Positions 22,581 to 31,571 of a stretch of 31,571 nt of DNA are shown here, in pieces. The stretch covers positions 1 through 31,571 of IMG/VR virus record IMGVR_UViG_3300029891_000080; one strand, given 5' to 3'. This DNA is from a virus (taxonomy: Duplodnaviria; Caudoviricetes). The position numbers and the translations under genes are program-made. The notes beneath the pieces were generated by a model. It ran no database searches. It had not been told where the DNA came from and worked only from the letters and a program-made list of their open reading frames with translations. Position 1 is the first letter of the stretch. Every line of letters begins with the position of its first letter.

Positions 22581-25003
22581 GCCAGGCCTTCGTTCTTTCC
22601 GGCAAGATCACGATGGACGCCAAGGCGGCGGTGGCAGGCCTTGACGCCACCACTGCGGCACTCGGTGAAACCAAGGCCGCCGTCGCGGGTTTTGGGCAGG
22701 GTGCCAACAGCCTGAACAACGATCTGCAGGTGGCCTCGACCGCCATGCAACAGATGATTGAAGCAGCGACCGGAGTTCGGGAGGCTACCGAATTGTCTGC
22801 CGCCGAAATGCTGGTCTACGGCGAAGAGCTCGACCGCATTCGCGCCCGGTACAATCCGCTCTTTGCTGCATCCCGCGCCTATGAACTCGAGCTGCGCGAA
22901 ATCGCCGCCGCCGAGCAGCTCGGCGCGCTTTCCGCAAACGAGGCTACTCAGGCACGGGAACGCGCGGCCCTGGCAATGACCCCGATGACCGCGCAGGCCC
23001 GCGCGCTTGGCGTGGAGATGAGCCGCAGCTTCGCGCTTGGCGGCAATCAAGCCAAAATGCTCGCGATGCAGCTCTCGCAGGTCGGGCAACAGGCGATGGC
23101 GGGCGGCGGATTTATTCGGGCGCTGGCCATCCAGTTGCCGGATATCGGCTTGGCCTTTGGCACCGTGGGAACCGCAGTCGGGCTGCTCGCGGGTATCGCG
23201 CTGCCCGCCTTGGTCAGCGCATTTCGGGATGCCGGAGATGCCGAACTCACGGCGGAAGCGCAGATCAAGAACCTGACTGGCGCACTCGATGCCTACAACA
23301 GCTACACGGAAATCGCGAAAAAGACGACGAAAGAGCTCAACGCCGAATTTGGGTCGTCCGCCGAAACACTGAGGAACTTTTCGCGGTATCTTGCCGACGT
23401 ATCGGTCGGCCGCGCGCTCGACGCTTTGGCCACGGAAGGCAATCCGTTGCTCGGAGAGCTGCGGGACGCAGTAACCGCAGTCCATGAACTCGATGCCGCG
23501 ACACAGCGCTCCGCCAGTCTGATATCGGGCTGGGGCGGCGCCACATCGGAACAGATCCTGACCGCGAAAGAGGCTCTCGGGGGTTTTCAGGATAGCGTGG
23601 ACGACGCGGCCGCGAAGCTCGGCATGCTCCCGGAGCAGGCGGTGGCAATTTCGGCGGCATTTGACAGGTTATCGACCGCGCAAAGCATGACCGAGATCAG
23701 GGATCGCGCTGCCGAGGTCCTGACCGAAATTCAGCAGTTCTTCCCTGAGGGTGCCAGGCTGCCGCCAAAGCTGGCCGAGGTGGCGGAGCTTCTGAATGAA
23801 ATTGCCGCCAAGGCCGCGCGGGGTGTTGCCTCGGCTGAAGAATTGGCGGCGCTCGATATCGCTGGCGGTATCCGCTCCGCTGCGGATGAGGCGCGGCGCC
23901 TGGCCGACGAGCTGCTGGCGGCGGTGGGTGCCGCGCAGTCGCTGGCGTCGCAGGGCGGAGCAGCGCTGCGCGACGCCAAACTGCGCTTTGAATTCCGCGA
24001 TGATCCGGTGCGGCTGGCGGCCGAGCTTGCTGGAGCACAATTCGATGCGCGCACGCGGATTCCGCAGAATGCCGATCCGACCATCAAGGCAGTCATCGAG
24101 GCGAACCGGCGGCAGGCGGTCGCCGATGCGGCCGAGATCGCGCGCAGCAATGCCGCGCTTGCCGAGTGGCAACGCAACCAGCGCTCCGCCGCTGGCGGCA
24201 CAGAAAAGCAGCGCTCGGCGCTCGCCGATCTGATCGACGCGCAAATGCAGGAACTCGCAATCCTGCGCGAAACCGACCCGGTGCAAAAGGAGATGCTGAA
24301 GCACCGCGAAGCACTGGCGGGCGCCACCGATGCCGAGCGGCAGATGGTCGAGGAACTGATCGCCGCACATATCCGCGAACAGGCCCAGATGCAGGCGCTG
24401 CAGGAGACGCAGGACTTCTTCACCGGCACGCTTTACGACGCCTTCGAGGGGCTGATTTTGCGCGGCGACAGCCTGACGGAGGTGCTGCACAACATCGTTT
24501 CGGCGCTCGCCCGCGCCGCCTTGCAGGCAACGCTCTTGGGCACCGGGCCGCTTGCAGGGCTGTTCGGAACTTCGGGCGGCGGCGGGTTGCTGACCATGCT
24601 TTTCAAGGCGGTCGTTCCTGGCAAGGCCGAGGGCGGCATGATCACCGGGCCCGGCTCGGGCACCTCGGACGATGTGCTGATCGCCGCCTCCTCGGGCGAA
24701 TTCGTGATGACCGCCGCCGCCACGCGCCGCCACCGGCACCTGCTCGAGGCGATGAACGCGGGGGCGCATATCCCCGGCTTCGCGCGCGGCGGTGCGGTGG
24801 GCGGGCAGGCGCGCGGGGGCGGAGCAGCGGCGGCCGAGGCAGCGCCTGCCAACATCACCATCGATCTGCGCGGCGCACGCGGCAATGCCGAGATCGAGGC
24901 ACTGGTGGCGACGGGCATCCGCCGCGGCCTTGCCGAATACGACCGCTCGGCACTGCCGCTGCGGGTGCGGCAGATTTCTTCTGACACGCGGAGGATCGGC
25001 TGA
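22577..25003 (+). CDS. Tape measure protein, 808 aa
   Basis: Long Ala-rich helical ORF after the chaperones; RARYNPL, ALAIQLPDI, GPGSGTSDDV...SSGEFV motifs. Confidence 0.92.
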   Translation: MSQAFVLSGKITMDAKAAVAGLDATTAALGETKAAVAGFGQGANSLNNDLQVASTAMQQMIEAATGVREATELSAAEMLVYGEELDRIRARYNPLFAASRAYELELREIAAAEQLGALSANEATQARERAALAMTPMTAQARALGVEMSRSFALGGNQAKMLAMQLSQVGQQAMAGGGFIRALAIQLPDIGLAFGTVGTAVGLLAGIALPALVSAFRDAGDAELTAEAQIKNLTGALDAYNSYTEIAKKTTKELNAEFGSSAETLRNFSRYLADVSVGRALDALATEGNPLLGELRDAVTAVHELDAATQRSASLISGWGGATSEQILTAKEALGGFQDSVDDAAAKLGMLPEQAVAISAAFDRLSTAQSMTEIRDRAAEVLTEIQQFFPEGARLPPKLAEVAELLNEIAAKAARGVASAEELAALDIAGGIRSAADEARRLADELLAAVGAAQSLASQGGAALRDAKLRFEFRDDPVRLAAELAGAQFDARTRIPQNADPTIKAVIEANRRQAVADAAEIARSNAALAEWQRNQRSAAGGTEKQRSALADLIDAQMQELAILRETDPVQKEMLKHREALAGATDAERQMVEELIAAHIREQAQMQALQETQDFFTGTLYDAFEGLILRGDSLTEVLHNIVSALARAALQATLLGTGPLAGLFGTSGGGGLLTMLFKAVVPGKAEGGMITGPGSGTSDDVLIAASSGEFVMTAAATRRHRHLLEAMNAGAHIPGFARGGAVGGQARGGGAAAAEAAPANITIDLRGARGNAEIEALVATGIRRGLAEYDRSALPLRVRQISSDTRRIG

Positions 25004-25659
25004 TGGCGCTCGCCTTTCCGCTTGCCCGCGAAAGCTTCTTCGATCTGCTGCCGGTGCAGAGGATCACCTTTGATTGCCCCGAGCAGGTGCAAACGGCGCG
25101 CACCGGCGGCGGCGAAATCCTCGCCGCCGACCTTGGCCCCCGGCTCTGGTCGGGTGAGGTGACACTCGGTCGGCTGACCCGCGCCGAGGCTGCGTCGGTA
25201 TTGCCGCTGTTGTCGGTGCTGCGCAGCGCCGGGGCCTCGTTTCTGGCCTATGACGTGACACGGGCGGCGCCGCTCGCTGACCCGACTGGCTCGATCCTTG
25301 GCGCTGCAACGCCCGAGATCCTCGAACTGGTGGCCGGGTCGCGCGAGCTGCGGCTCGGCGGGCTGCCGGCAGGATACATAGTGAGCAGCGGCGACTATCT
25401 CGGCTTTGCCTATGGCAGCGGCCCGGTGCGTCAGGCGTTGCACCGGGTGGTGACCGGCGCGGTGGCGGCGGGCGATGGCAGCACCGGCACGATCGAGGTG
25501 ACACCGCCCCTGCGCCCCGGTGCGAGCCTCGGCGCCGCGGTCACACTCGTCAAACCGGCAATCAAGGCGGTGATCGAGCCCGGCTCGACCGACCCCGGCG
25601 CGGTTACGCGCTGGCTGACCGAGGGCATCGCCTTCCGCTTCATCCAGACGCTCAGGTAA
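25003..25659 (+). CDS. Distal tail-like protein, 218 aa
   Basis: Directly after the TMP; GDYLGF, IEVTPPLR. Confidence 0.65.
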   Translation: MALAFPLARESFFDLLPVQRITFDCPEQVQTARTGGGEILAADLGPRLWSGEVTLGRLTRAEAASVLPLLSVLRSAGASFLAYDVTRAAPLADPTGSILGAATPEILELVAGSRELRLGGLPAGYIVSSGDYLGFAYGSGPVRQALHRVVTGAVAAGDGSTGTIEVTPPLRPGASLGAAVTLVKPAIKAVIEPGSTDPGAVTRWLTEGIAFRFIQTLR

Positions 25660-25668
25660 GGAGGGGCA

Positions 25669-26280
25669 ATGCGCACATTCGGGGCAATGACCGGCGCCTA
25701 CCTTGCGGCGCGCGATGGCATCCAGGCGCGGCTGCTGATCTGGGTGCGCGCGCGCAACCGCGCCACCGGTGCCGAAGAGGCCCTCGGGCTCTGGACCGGC
25801 GACGATCACCAGAGCTTCCTGATCGACGGCGCCTCTCGGCTTTACTATGGCGCGGGCGGGGTACTCGGTGTCGAGCCGATCACCATGCAGTCGGGCATCG
25901 TGGTGCGGATGCACCGCATCACTTTGGCGCCGACCGCGCCCGAAGTGGCGGTCGCAATCCGCGGCTATGACGCGCGCCTCGCCCCGGTGGAGATCCACCG
26001 CGCCTTTTTCGCGCCTGCTTCTGGCGAGTTGATCGAGGCGCCGCACCGGGTATTCAAGGGCTGGATCGATGCCATTTCGCTGCCCACGCCCGAGGTGGGC
26101 GGGCAGGGCGCCGTCGAGGTGACGCTCGCCAGTTCCGCCCGTGCCCTGACGCGGCCGCTGGCGCTGAAGAAAAGCGACGAAAGCCAGCGGCGGCGCAGCG
26201 ATGACCGGTTGCGGCGCTACACCGACATTTCCGGGTCAGTCGACGTCTATTGGGGCGAAGCCAAGGCAGCGAGGAAATGA
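25669..26280 (+). CDS. Tail tip/hub protein, 203 aa
   Basis: AAGGAGG SD; GLWTG, FKGWID, SDESQRRR..DRLRRY..VYWG pattern. Confidence 0.65.
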   Translation: MRTFGAMTGAYLAARDGIQARLLIWVRARNRATGAEEALGLWTGDDHQSFLIDGASRLYYGAGGVLGVEPITMQSGIVVRMHRITLAPTAPEVAVAIRGYDARLAPVEIHRAFFAPASGELIEAPHRVFKGWIDAISLPTPEVGGQGAVEVTLASSARALTRPLALKKSDESQRRRSDDRLRRYTDISGSVDVYWGEAKAARK

Positions 26281-26705
26281 CCGAACGCACCGCCCCCCTG
26301 ACGCGACTGCCCGACTGGAAACCCCGGCTCACCGCCTGGCTTGGCGCCACCGCGCGGCGGCCTTTTGCCGAGGGCGAAAACGACTGCGCGCTCTTTTTTG
26401 CAGGGGCTGTCGAGGCGATGACCGGAACCGACATCGCGGCGCGCTGGCGCGGACGGTATTGCACGACCAAGGCGGGCCTGCGCGCGCTGCGCAGGGCGGG
26501 GTTCGCCGACCACGTGGCACTTGCCGCAACTCTCTTCGATGAGGTGCCACCGGCCTATGCGCGCATCGGTGACTGCGCAGTGGTGCCGACTGCGGAGGGG
26601 CCTGCGCTCGGCATCGTGCAGGGCGAATTGATTTACGTTCTTGGGCCTGCGGGCCTTTCGCGGCTGCCGCGCGCACGTGCCACGCGCGCCTTCAGGGTGG
26701 GCTGA
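26277..26705 (+). CDS. NlpC/P60-like tail tip protein (DUF6950-like), 142 aa
   Basis: RLPDW..RL, PF..G.NDCALF.AGAVEAMTG, ARIGD, ALGIV. Confidence 0.8.
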   Translation: MTERTAPLTRLPDWKPRLTAWLGATARRPFAEGENDCALFFAGAVEAMTGTDIAARWRGRYCTTKAGLRALRRAGFADHVALAATLFDEVPPAYARIGDCAVVPTAEGPALGIVQGELIYVLGPAGLSRLPRARATRAFRVG

Positions 26706-26708
26706 GCG

Positions 26709-29705
26709 ATGCCGCAAGTATTCGCCGCTGTTGGCGCCGCCGTTGCTGCATTCAGCGCCTCCGCAATCGGGACGTTCCTGACCCAGACCATAATCGGTCG
26801 ACTGCTGGTCTCGGTGGCGCTTTCGGCGCTGGCACAGGCGCTGGCGCCCAAGCCTCGGTCCCCGGGGATCAAGACCACCGCCACCGCTTCTGGTGGCACC
26901 AACCCACAGAGCTTCATTATTGGGCAATACGCCACGGCGGGCTTTGCGATTGCCCCGCCGATGAGCCACGGCACGAGCGGCAAGACCCCGAACGCCTACC
27001 TCACCTATGTGATCGACCTTGGCGACATCCCAGGCCAGATGCTGAGCGGCCTGATCATCGACGACGGATACGTGGAAATTGACAACACGATCGAGAGCGT
27101 CGGCGGCAGCACGCTGTTTTCCGGGCTGCCTGGCTGGCTGACATTCCCGAACTGGCCGGATCCGTTCGGCCTGTTCCCGCACACCAGCGAGGTCACCTAT
27201 GGCCGCCCGCTGCTCGGCAAATATCACGGCTACGCCTGGGTCACCTATTACGACGGCACGCAAACCGCCGCTGACCCGATGCTGCTCGCGCAATACGGCA
27301 CCGATCCGGACCGGCCCTGGAAGCCCGATATGGTCGGCACCGGGCTTTGCTATGCGGTGCTGACCTTCCGCTACAATCGGGAACTGTTCAACGGCCTGCC
27401 GCGGGTGCGTTTCGTGCTGGCCGGGATCCCGCTTTACGATCCGCGCGCCGACGATACCGTGGGCGGCAGCGGCGCGCAGCGCTGGTCGGACCCGGCAACC
27501 TGGGCGCCAAGTGCCAACCCGGCGGTGCAGATCTACAACATCCTGCGCGGTATCACGCTGCCGGACGGCTCGATCTGGGGCGGTGAGAGTGCTGCCGAAG
27601 ACCTGCCGACGGGCGCCTGGTTCGCCGCGATGAACGAGTGCGACGTGCCGGTGGTGCTTGCCGCGGGCGGCAGTGAGCCGCAGTACCGCACGGGCTTTGA
27701 AGTGACCGTTGAAGAGGAGCCTGCAAGCGTCATTGAAGAGCTGTTGAAAGGCTGTTCAGGGCAGATGTCCGAAATCGGCGGTGTCTGGAAAATCCGCGTC
27801 GGCGGGCCCGGCCTGCCGGTCTATGTGTTCACCGACGACGACGCCATCGTGACCGCGGCGCAGGGATTTGAGCCTTTCCCCGGCCTCGATCGGACGTGGA
27901 ACGGTATTCAGGCGAGTTACCCCGAGCCCTCGAGTCTCTGGGAAAGCAAGGACGCGCCGCCGCGGTTCAACGCCGATTATGAGGCGCTCGACCAGAACCG
28001 CCGCCTAGTGGCGGATCTGAGCCTGCCCGCTGTGCCCTACGGTGCCCAGGTGCAGCGCGTCATGCGCGCCTACATCGAAGAGGAGCGCCGCTTTCGCCGC
28101 CACAGCCTGACGCTGCCGCCTGATGCCGCAATCCTCGAGCCGCTCGACGCGGTGGTCTGGACCAGTGCCGCGAACGGCTATGAGGCAAAAGTGTTCGAGG
28201 TCTCCGAATGCGTCGATGACCTCGGCACCGGATTGCAGCAGGTCAGTTTGCGCGAGCGCGACCCGGCCGATTACGACTGGACCCCCGCTGATGAGTTGCC
28301 CTGGGAGGCGTCACCGGGTGGTATCACGCTGCCCCCGGCGCCAATTCTGCCCGGGGTTACGCTCTCGACCGAGGTGCGGATCCGCAACCAGCAGCCGGTG
28401 GGCGTGCTGATCATCGACGTCGCCTGGGCAGGCGGATATGTCGACAGCGCCGAGGTGCAGTATCGCCCCACCGGCGATGCGGTCTGGCGCGATGTCGGGG
28501 CGAGCGGCGCCGGGCGTTTCGAGGTCTCGGGCATCGAGGCGGTGGAATACGACGTGCGGGTGCGCGCGGTCAGCGTGCTCGGCACCAATTCCGACTGGCT
28601 CGAGCTGCTCGGCTATCCGGTCGCGCTGCCCGGCCTGCCGCCCGCCGACGTCACCGGATTTGATATCGCCATCACGGGCGCTGTGGCCCACCTGACCTGG
28701 GACCCGGTGCCCGACGAGGATTTGTCGCATTACATCATTCGCTGGTCACCGAGCGTGACGGGGGCAAGCTATTCGAACGCGGTGACGCTGGTGCCGAAAG
28801 TGCCGCGGCCCGGCACCTCGGTCACCACGTCGGCGCGCACGGGGACGTATTTCATCAGGGCAGTCGACAAGCTCGGCAACGAAAGCCTGAACCCGGCGGC
28901 GATCGTTACCACGATCGCGGGCGTCGAGGGGCTGAACGCGGTCGAGGCGGTGACAGAGGAACCGGGGTTCACCGGCGCCGAAGTCCGGTTCAGCGAAGTG
29001 CCGGGGCTCTTTGCCGCCGCCTCCGGCCTCTTCTCCGCAGCAGGCGGCACGGTGAAACCCACGAGCCGCAGCGGCCTCGGGCTGGTGCTGACCGACTATT
29101 CCGCGCCTGGCAGCGGCATCTACGAGTTTCGCACGGTCGTCGATCTCGGCGCGCGCTACACCTCGCGGCTGACCGCGCGGGTCGAGGTGATCCGGCTCGA
29201 TGACACGGCCGGGATGTTCGCGGCCGCACCAGGCCACTTTTCGGCCCGCCAGGGCCTCTTTACCGGCGATTCCAATGCCGCCGATACCGAGGTGGTGGTC
29301 GAGGTGTCGACCTCGGACGATATGGTGGCCTGGAGCCCTTGGCGCGCGCTCAGTGTGGGCGATTTCACGGCGCGCGGGTTTCGCTTCCGCGCTGTGCTTT
29401 TCACAGCCAGTGCCAATGTCACGCCCTTTGTCACCGGGCTTGCCGTCGAGGTCGACATGCCTGACCGCACCATCGCCGCGGCCGACCTCGAAGCGGGTGC
29501 CGGGGGCATGGTCGTCAACTTCACCCCCGCTCTCCGCGGCCTTTCCGGGCTTGGCGTCTCGGCGCAGGGCCTCGCGAGCGGCGACTATTACGAGATCACC
29601 GGCAAGAGCGCCGCCGGTTTCACCATCCAGTTCAGAAACGCGGCGGGGGACGGCGTGGCGCGCAGCTTCGACTACGTCGCCCGCGGCTATGGAGTAGCAT
29701 CATGA
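26709..29705 (+). CDS. Tip attachment/host-specificity protein (J-like) with FN3-like domains, 998 aa
   Basis: LYDPR, SANPAVQIY, AAMNECD, YDVRVRAVS, GTYFIRAVDKLGNES, RGFRFRA. Confidence 0.85.
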   Translation: MPQVFAAVGAAVAAFSASAIGTFLTQTIIGRLLVSVALSALAQALAPKPRSPGIKTTATASGGTNPQSFIIGQYATAGFAIAPPMSHGTSGKTPNAYLTYVIDLGDIPGQMLSGLIIDDGYVEIDNTIESVGGSTLFSGLPGWLTFPNWPDPFGLFPHTSEVTYGRPLLGKYHGYAWVTYYDGTQTAADPMLLAQYGTDPDRPWKPDMVGTGLCYAVLTFRYNRELFNGLPRVRFVLAGIPLYDPRADDTVGGSGAQRWSDPATWAPSANPAVQIYNILRGITLPDGSIWGGESAAEDLPTGAWFAAMNECDVPVVLAAGGSEPQYRTGFEVTVEEEPASVIEELLKGCSGQMSEIGGVWKIRVGGPGLPVYVFTDDDAIVTAAQGFEPFPGLDRTWNGIQASYPEPSSLWESKDAPPRFNADYEALDQNRRLVADLSLPAVPYGAQVQRVMRAYIEEERRFRRHSLTLPPDAAILEPLDAVVWTSAANGYEAKVFEVSECVDDLGTGLQQVSLRERDPADYDWTPADELPWEASPGGITLPPAPILPGVTLSTEVRIRNQQPVGVLIIDVAWAGGYVDSAEVQYRPTGDAVWRDVGASGAGRFEVSGIEAVEYDVRVRAVSVLGTNSDWLELLGYPVALPGLPPADVTGFDIAITGAVAHLTWDPVPDEDLSHYIIRWSPSVTGASYSNAVTLVPKVPRPGTSVTTSARTGTYFIRAVDKLGNESLNPAAIVTTIAGVEGLNAVEAVTEEPGFTGAEVRFSEVPGLFAAASGLFSAAGGTVKPTSRSGLGLVLTDYSAPGSGIYEFRTVVDLGARYTSRLTARVEVIRLDDTAGMFAAAPGHFSARQGLFTGDSNAADTEVVVEVSTSDDMVAWSPWRALSVGDFTARGFRFRAVLFTASANVTPFVTGLAVEVDMPDRTIAAADLEAGAGGMVVNFTPALRGLSGLGVSAQGLASGDYYEITGKSAAGFTIQFRNAAGDGVARSFDYVARGYGVAS

Positions 29706-30619
29706 GCCAGAACGATTTTGTGGTGGCGGACCAGACCTTTCCGTCGATCCTCGCCGATTTCAACGCGGCGTTTCAGGCGCTGGCCTCGGCCTCGGCCGGG
29801 GCGGCGGCACCCGGCACCACCTACCCCTATCAGCTCTGGGCCGACACCACGAACAACCTGCTGATGATGCGCAATGGCGCCAATACTGCCTGGCTGACAC
29901 TGGCGAAGTTCGACACCGTGAACAATCGCTGGGAGGTGCGCAGCGATGTGGTGCAGGCGCTGAGCACTGGCGGAGTAACCGTTCGCAATTCGGCCGGGAC
30001 GGCGTTGGCGACCTTCAGCGACAGCGGCATCACTCTCTTCACTGGCACCTGGAGAGTGAAGAATGCAGCGGGCACCGAAACGCTGATCGAGGGCTTTGCC
30101 GATGGCGGCATCTACCTGAAATACAACAATTCGAGCAAAGCGTGGACCACCAACACCGGGCTGACGGTCTCGGGCACGCTTACGGCCGATTTGATCAATG
30201 GTGCCGCCCTGGCTTCACAGGCCGAAGCGGAGGCGGGCACCGACAACACCAAGATCACCACGCCGCTGCGGGTGGCGCAGGCGATTGCAGCGCTGGCGCC
30301 TGCCGCGACCACACTCGCCGATATTGCCGCCGCAACAGCCGGAGCCGTTGGCACACTCGCATTTGCGCGCCGGACCACGGGCACGACCGACGTGACATTT
30401 GGAACCACCTTGGCGGGCAGTTCGCTGTCGCCAGTATCAGCAGCGGCAACTGTCAGTTCGGCGTCGGGTGTTGTAACCGCCTCTCTCGCGACCGGGACGG
30501 CCCTTTCGGGGACATGGCGATGCCTTGGCAACTACGACCACACGGTCACGGCTGGGCCTGATGGATCTGGAAACTTTGTGACTCTCGGCGGGGCAACTCT
30601 TTGGGTGAGGATTTCGTGA
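29702..30619 (+). CDS. Tail fibre/receptor-binding protein, 305 aa
   Basis: Thr/Ala/Gly-rich; MSQNDF...LWADTT...RNGANTAW N-terminus; ASQAEAEAGTDNTKITTPLRV; GTWRCLG...LWVRIS C-terminus. Confidence 0.8.
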   Translation: MSQNDFVVADQTFPSILADFNAAFQALASASAGAAAPGTTYPYQLWADTTNNLLMMRNGANTAWLTLAKFDTVNNRWEVRSDVVQALSTGGVTVRNSAGTALATFSDSGITLFTGTWRVKNAAGTETLIEGFADGGIYLKYNNSSKAWTTNTGLTVSGTLTADLINGAALASQAEAEAGTDNTKITTPLRVAQAIAALAPAATTLADIAAATAGAVGTLAFARRTTGTTDVTFGTTLAGSSLSPVSAAATVSSASGVVTASLATGTALSGTWRCLGNYDHTVTAGPDGSGNFVTLGGATLWVRIS

Positions 30620-31215
30620 TGGAATGGAAGAACCCGACCTACAACGCCGTTGGCACCATCGACATTGACCTAAACCACCCCTCGTTCGGCTGGATACCGT
30701 TCACCGTATCGCCTGATGATACCGGGGCGGCGTTCGACGTGAAGGCCCTGCATTACGAAATTCTGGCGGGAGACATAGCGCCGTTTGTGCCCCCGCCTGC
30801 GCCTACACCACCCCCGCTCGACGAGGTGAAATCCCGCGCCATTTCCGCCATGCTGGCTTGGGCCGGTGACTTCATGGGCCGCTTTACCGCAGACACGCCC
30901 TTGGACGAGCGGCTATCGTGGGATGCGAAAGAGGCGGCGGCGCGGGCGCATATCGCTGGCACGGCGGATGCCGCGCAAGTGGAATTGCTGCAAGCCGAGG
31001 CGGCGTTGACGGGCGAGACGGTCGATAACCTGTCGCTACTGATCCTCGCCAACGCCGAGTTGTTCCGGCAGATCGTCGGGCGCGTGTCTGGCCTGCGGCG
31101 GGTCACACGGGACGCGATCAACGCGGCAGAGACGCCCGAGGCGGTGCAGGCGGTGCTGGACGTGGCCAAGGCACAGGCTCTGGCGATGGCCGCAGCCTTG
31201 GGGATTGCCCCATGA
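30619..31215 (+). CDS. Putative tail fibre assembly protein, 198 aa
   Basis: ATG 30619 (TGATG); IDIDLNHPSFGWIPFTVSPDD N-domain, Pro linker, ERLSWDAKEAAARA helical domain. Confidence 0.7.
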   Translation: MEWKNPTYNAVGTIDIDLNHPSFGWIPFTVSPDDTGAAFDVKALHYEILAGDIAPFVPPPAPTPPPLDEVKSRAISAMLAWAGDFMGRFTADTPLDERLSWDAKEAAARAHIAGTADAAQVELLQAEAALTGETVDNLSLLILANAELFRQIVGRVSGLRRVTRDAINAAETPEAVQAVLDVAKAQALAMAAALGIAP

Positions 31216-31571
31216 CGGCGCGTCGAAACCCGCTGCGGCAGTTGGGGCACGTCCTTTACGAGGTCGGTTTCAAGCTGGCTTCGCTGGTTTCCGAGGCGCT
31301 CAACGCGTTGGTTTTCGGCGGATCAACCCATATCACCACCTCGGCCGAGGCGGGCACCTGGTCACGTCCTTCATGGATGACCGAGGCCGAGGCCGACGCT
31401 TCGCCCAGGGTTGCGGCCTGGCGGCGGCGCGAGCGGATCATCAACCGCCTGCTCGCCTGGTGGGAAAAGGATCATTGCGCCAAGGCACGGGATGCTGCTG
31501 TGCTTCGCGCGAGATGGACACTTTACCGCTGCGGCGAGGGGCCGAAACCCGACGCCGGGACCGAAGGCTGA
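31212..31571 (+). CDS. Conserved hypothetical phage protein, 119 aa
   Basis: ATGA overlap; LNALVFGG...TTSA...INRLLAWWEKDHC pattern. Confidence 0.7.
   Translation: MTARRNPLRQLGHVLYEVGFKLASLVSEALNALVFGGSTHITTSAEAGTWSRPSWMTEAEADASPRVAAWRRRERIINRLLAWWEKDHCAKARDAAVLRARWTLYRCGEGPKPDAGTEG

Larger units (their letters stand above)
1..31571. mobile_element. Mu-like transposable prophage/phage, siphovirus-type tail; ends not included in the window
   Basis: DDE transposase + AAA ATPase pair, GemA, Mor-like activator and Mu gp27-gp28-gp29-F-G-I-T head module in Mu order; tail tube and tape measure present, no sheath gene. Confidence 0.97.

Noticed and set aside
22750-24000. A/T-richer codon usage in the middle of the tape measure gene
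   Set aside because: Judged by eye only; ordinary TMP mosaicism explains it
16385-26046. Long minus-strand ORFs (569, 596, 657, 537 aa etc.)
   Set aside because: Shadow ORFs of GC-rich + strand genes; Arg/Ala-rich with no motifs
1-31571. Phage ends/MuA sites, gin invertible segment, mom, gam, CRISPR array, DGR, retron
   Set aside because: None seen; the window is cut at stop codons on both sides, so ends and terminal genes may lie outside it

Overview
The window is a near-complete Mu-like transposable (pro)phage with a non-contractile tail. It is GC-rich, and its gene content fits the RcapMu-like phages of Rhodobacteraceae-type alphaproteobacteria (host assignment is inference). It is trimmed at gene boundaries, so the TG...CA ends are not visible. 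Gene order: S24/LexA-type repressor (-), then on + a Ner/Cro-like gene, small early genes, ParB-like protein, MuA transposase, MuB ATPase, semi-essential genes (DUF3164, GemA, Mor/C-like activator), lysis genes, terminases, portal, MuF, G, protease/scaffold, capsid, head-tail, tail tube, frameshifted chaperones, tape measure, tail tip and fibre. Main finding: MuF carries a C-terminal putative BECR-type RNase domain with no downstream protein immunity gene. Instead, a convergent ~110-nt structured RNA overlaps its 3' end. This RNA has its own sigma70-like promoter (TTGAGT-17-TATATT), a tRNA-like 7-bp closing stem followed by ACC, a cUUCGg tetraloop, a possible pseudoknot and a U-tract. This is a candidate virion-toxin/RNA-antitoxin (tRNA-mimic) system. 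Other non-coding signals: a 25-bp palindrome inside the parB-like gene, two matching late promoters, phased AT-rich repeats inside the portal gene, leaderless starts and several structured intergenic leaders. All family assignments come from motif recognition by eye, not database searches.
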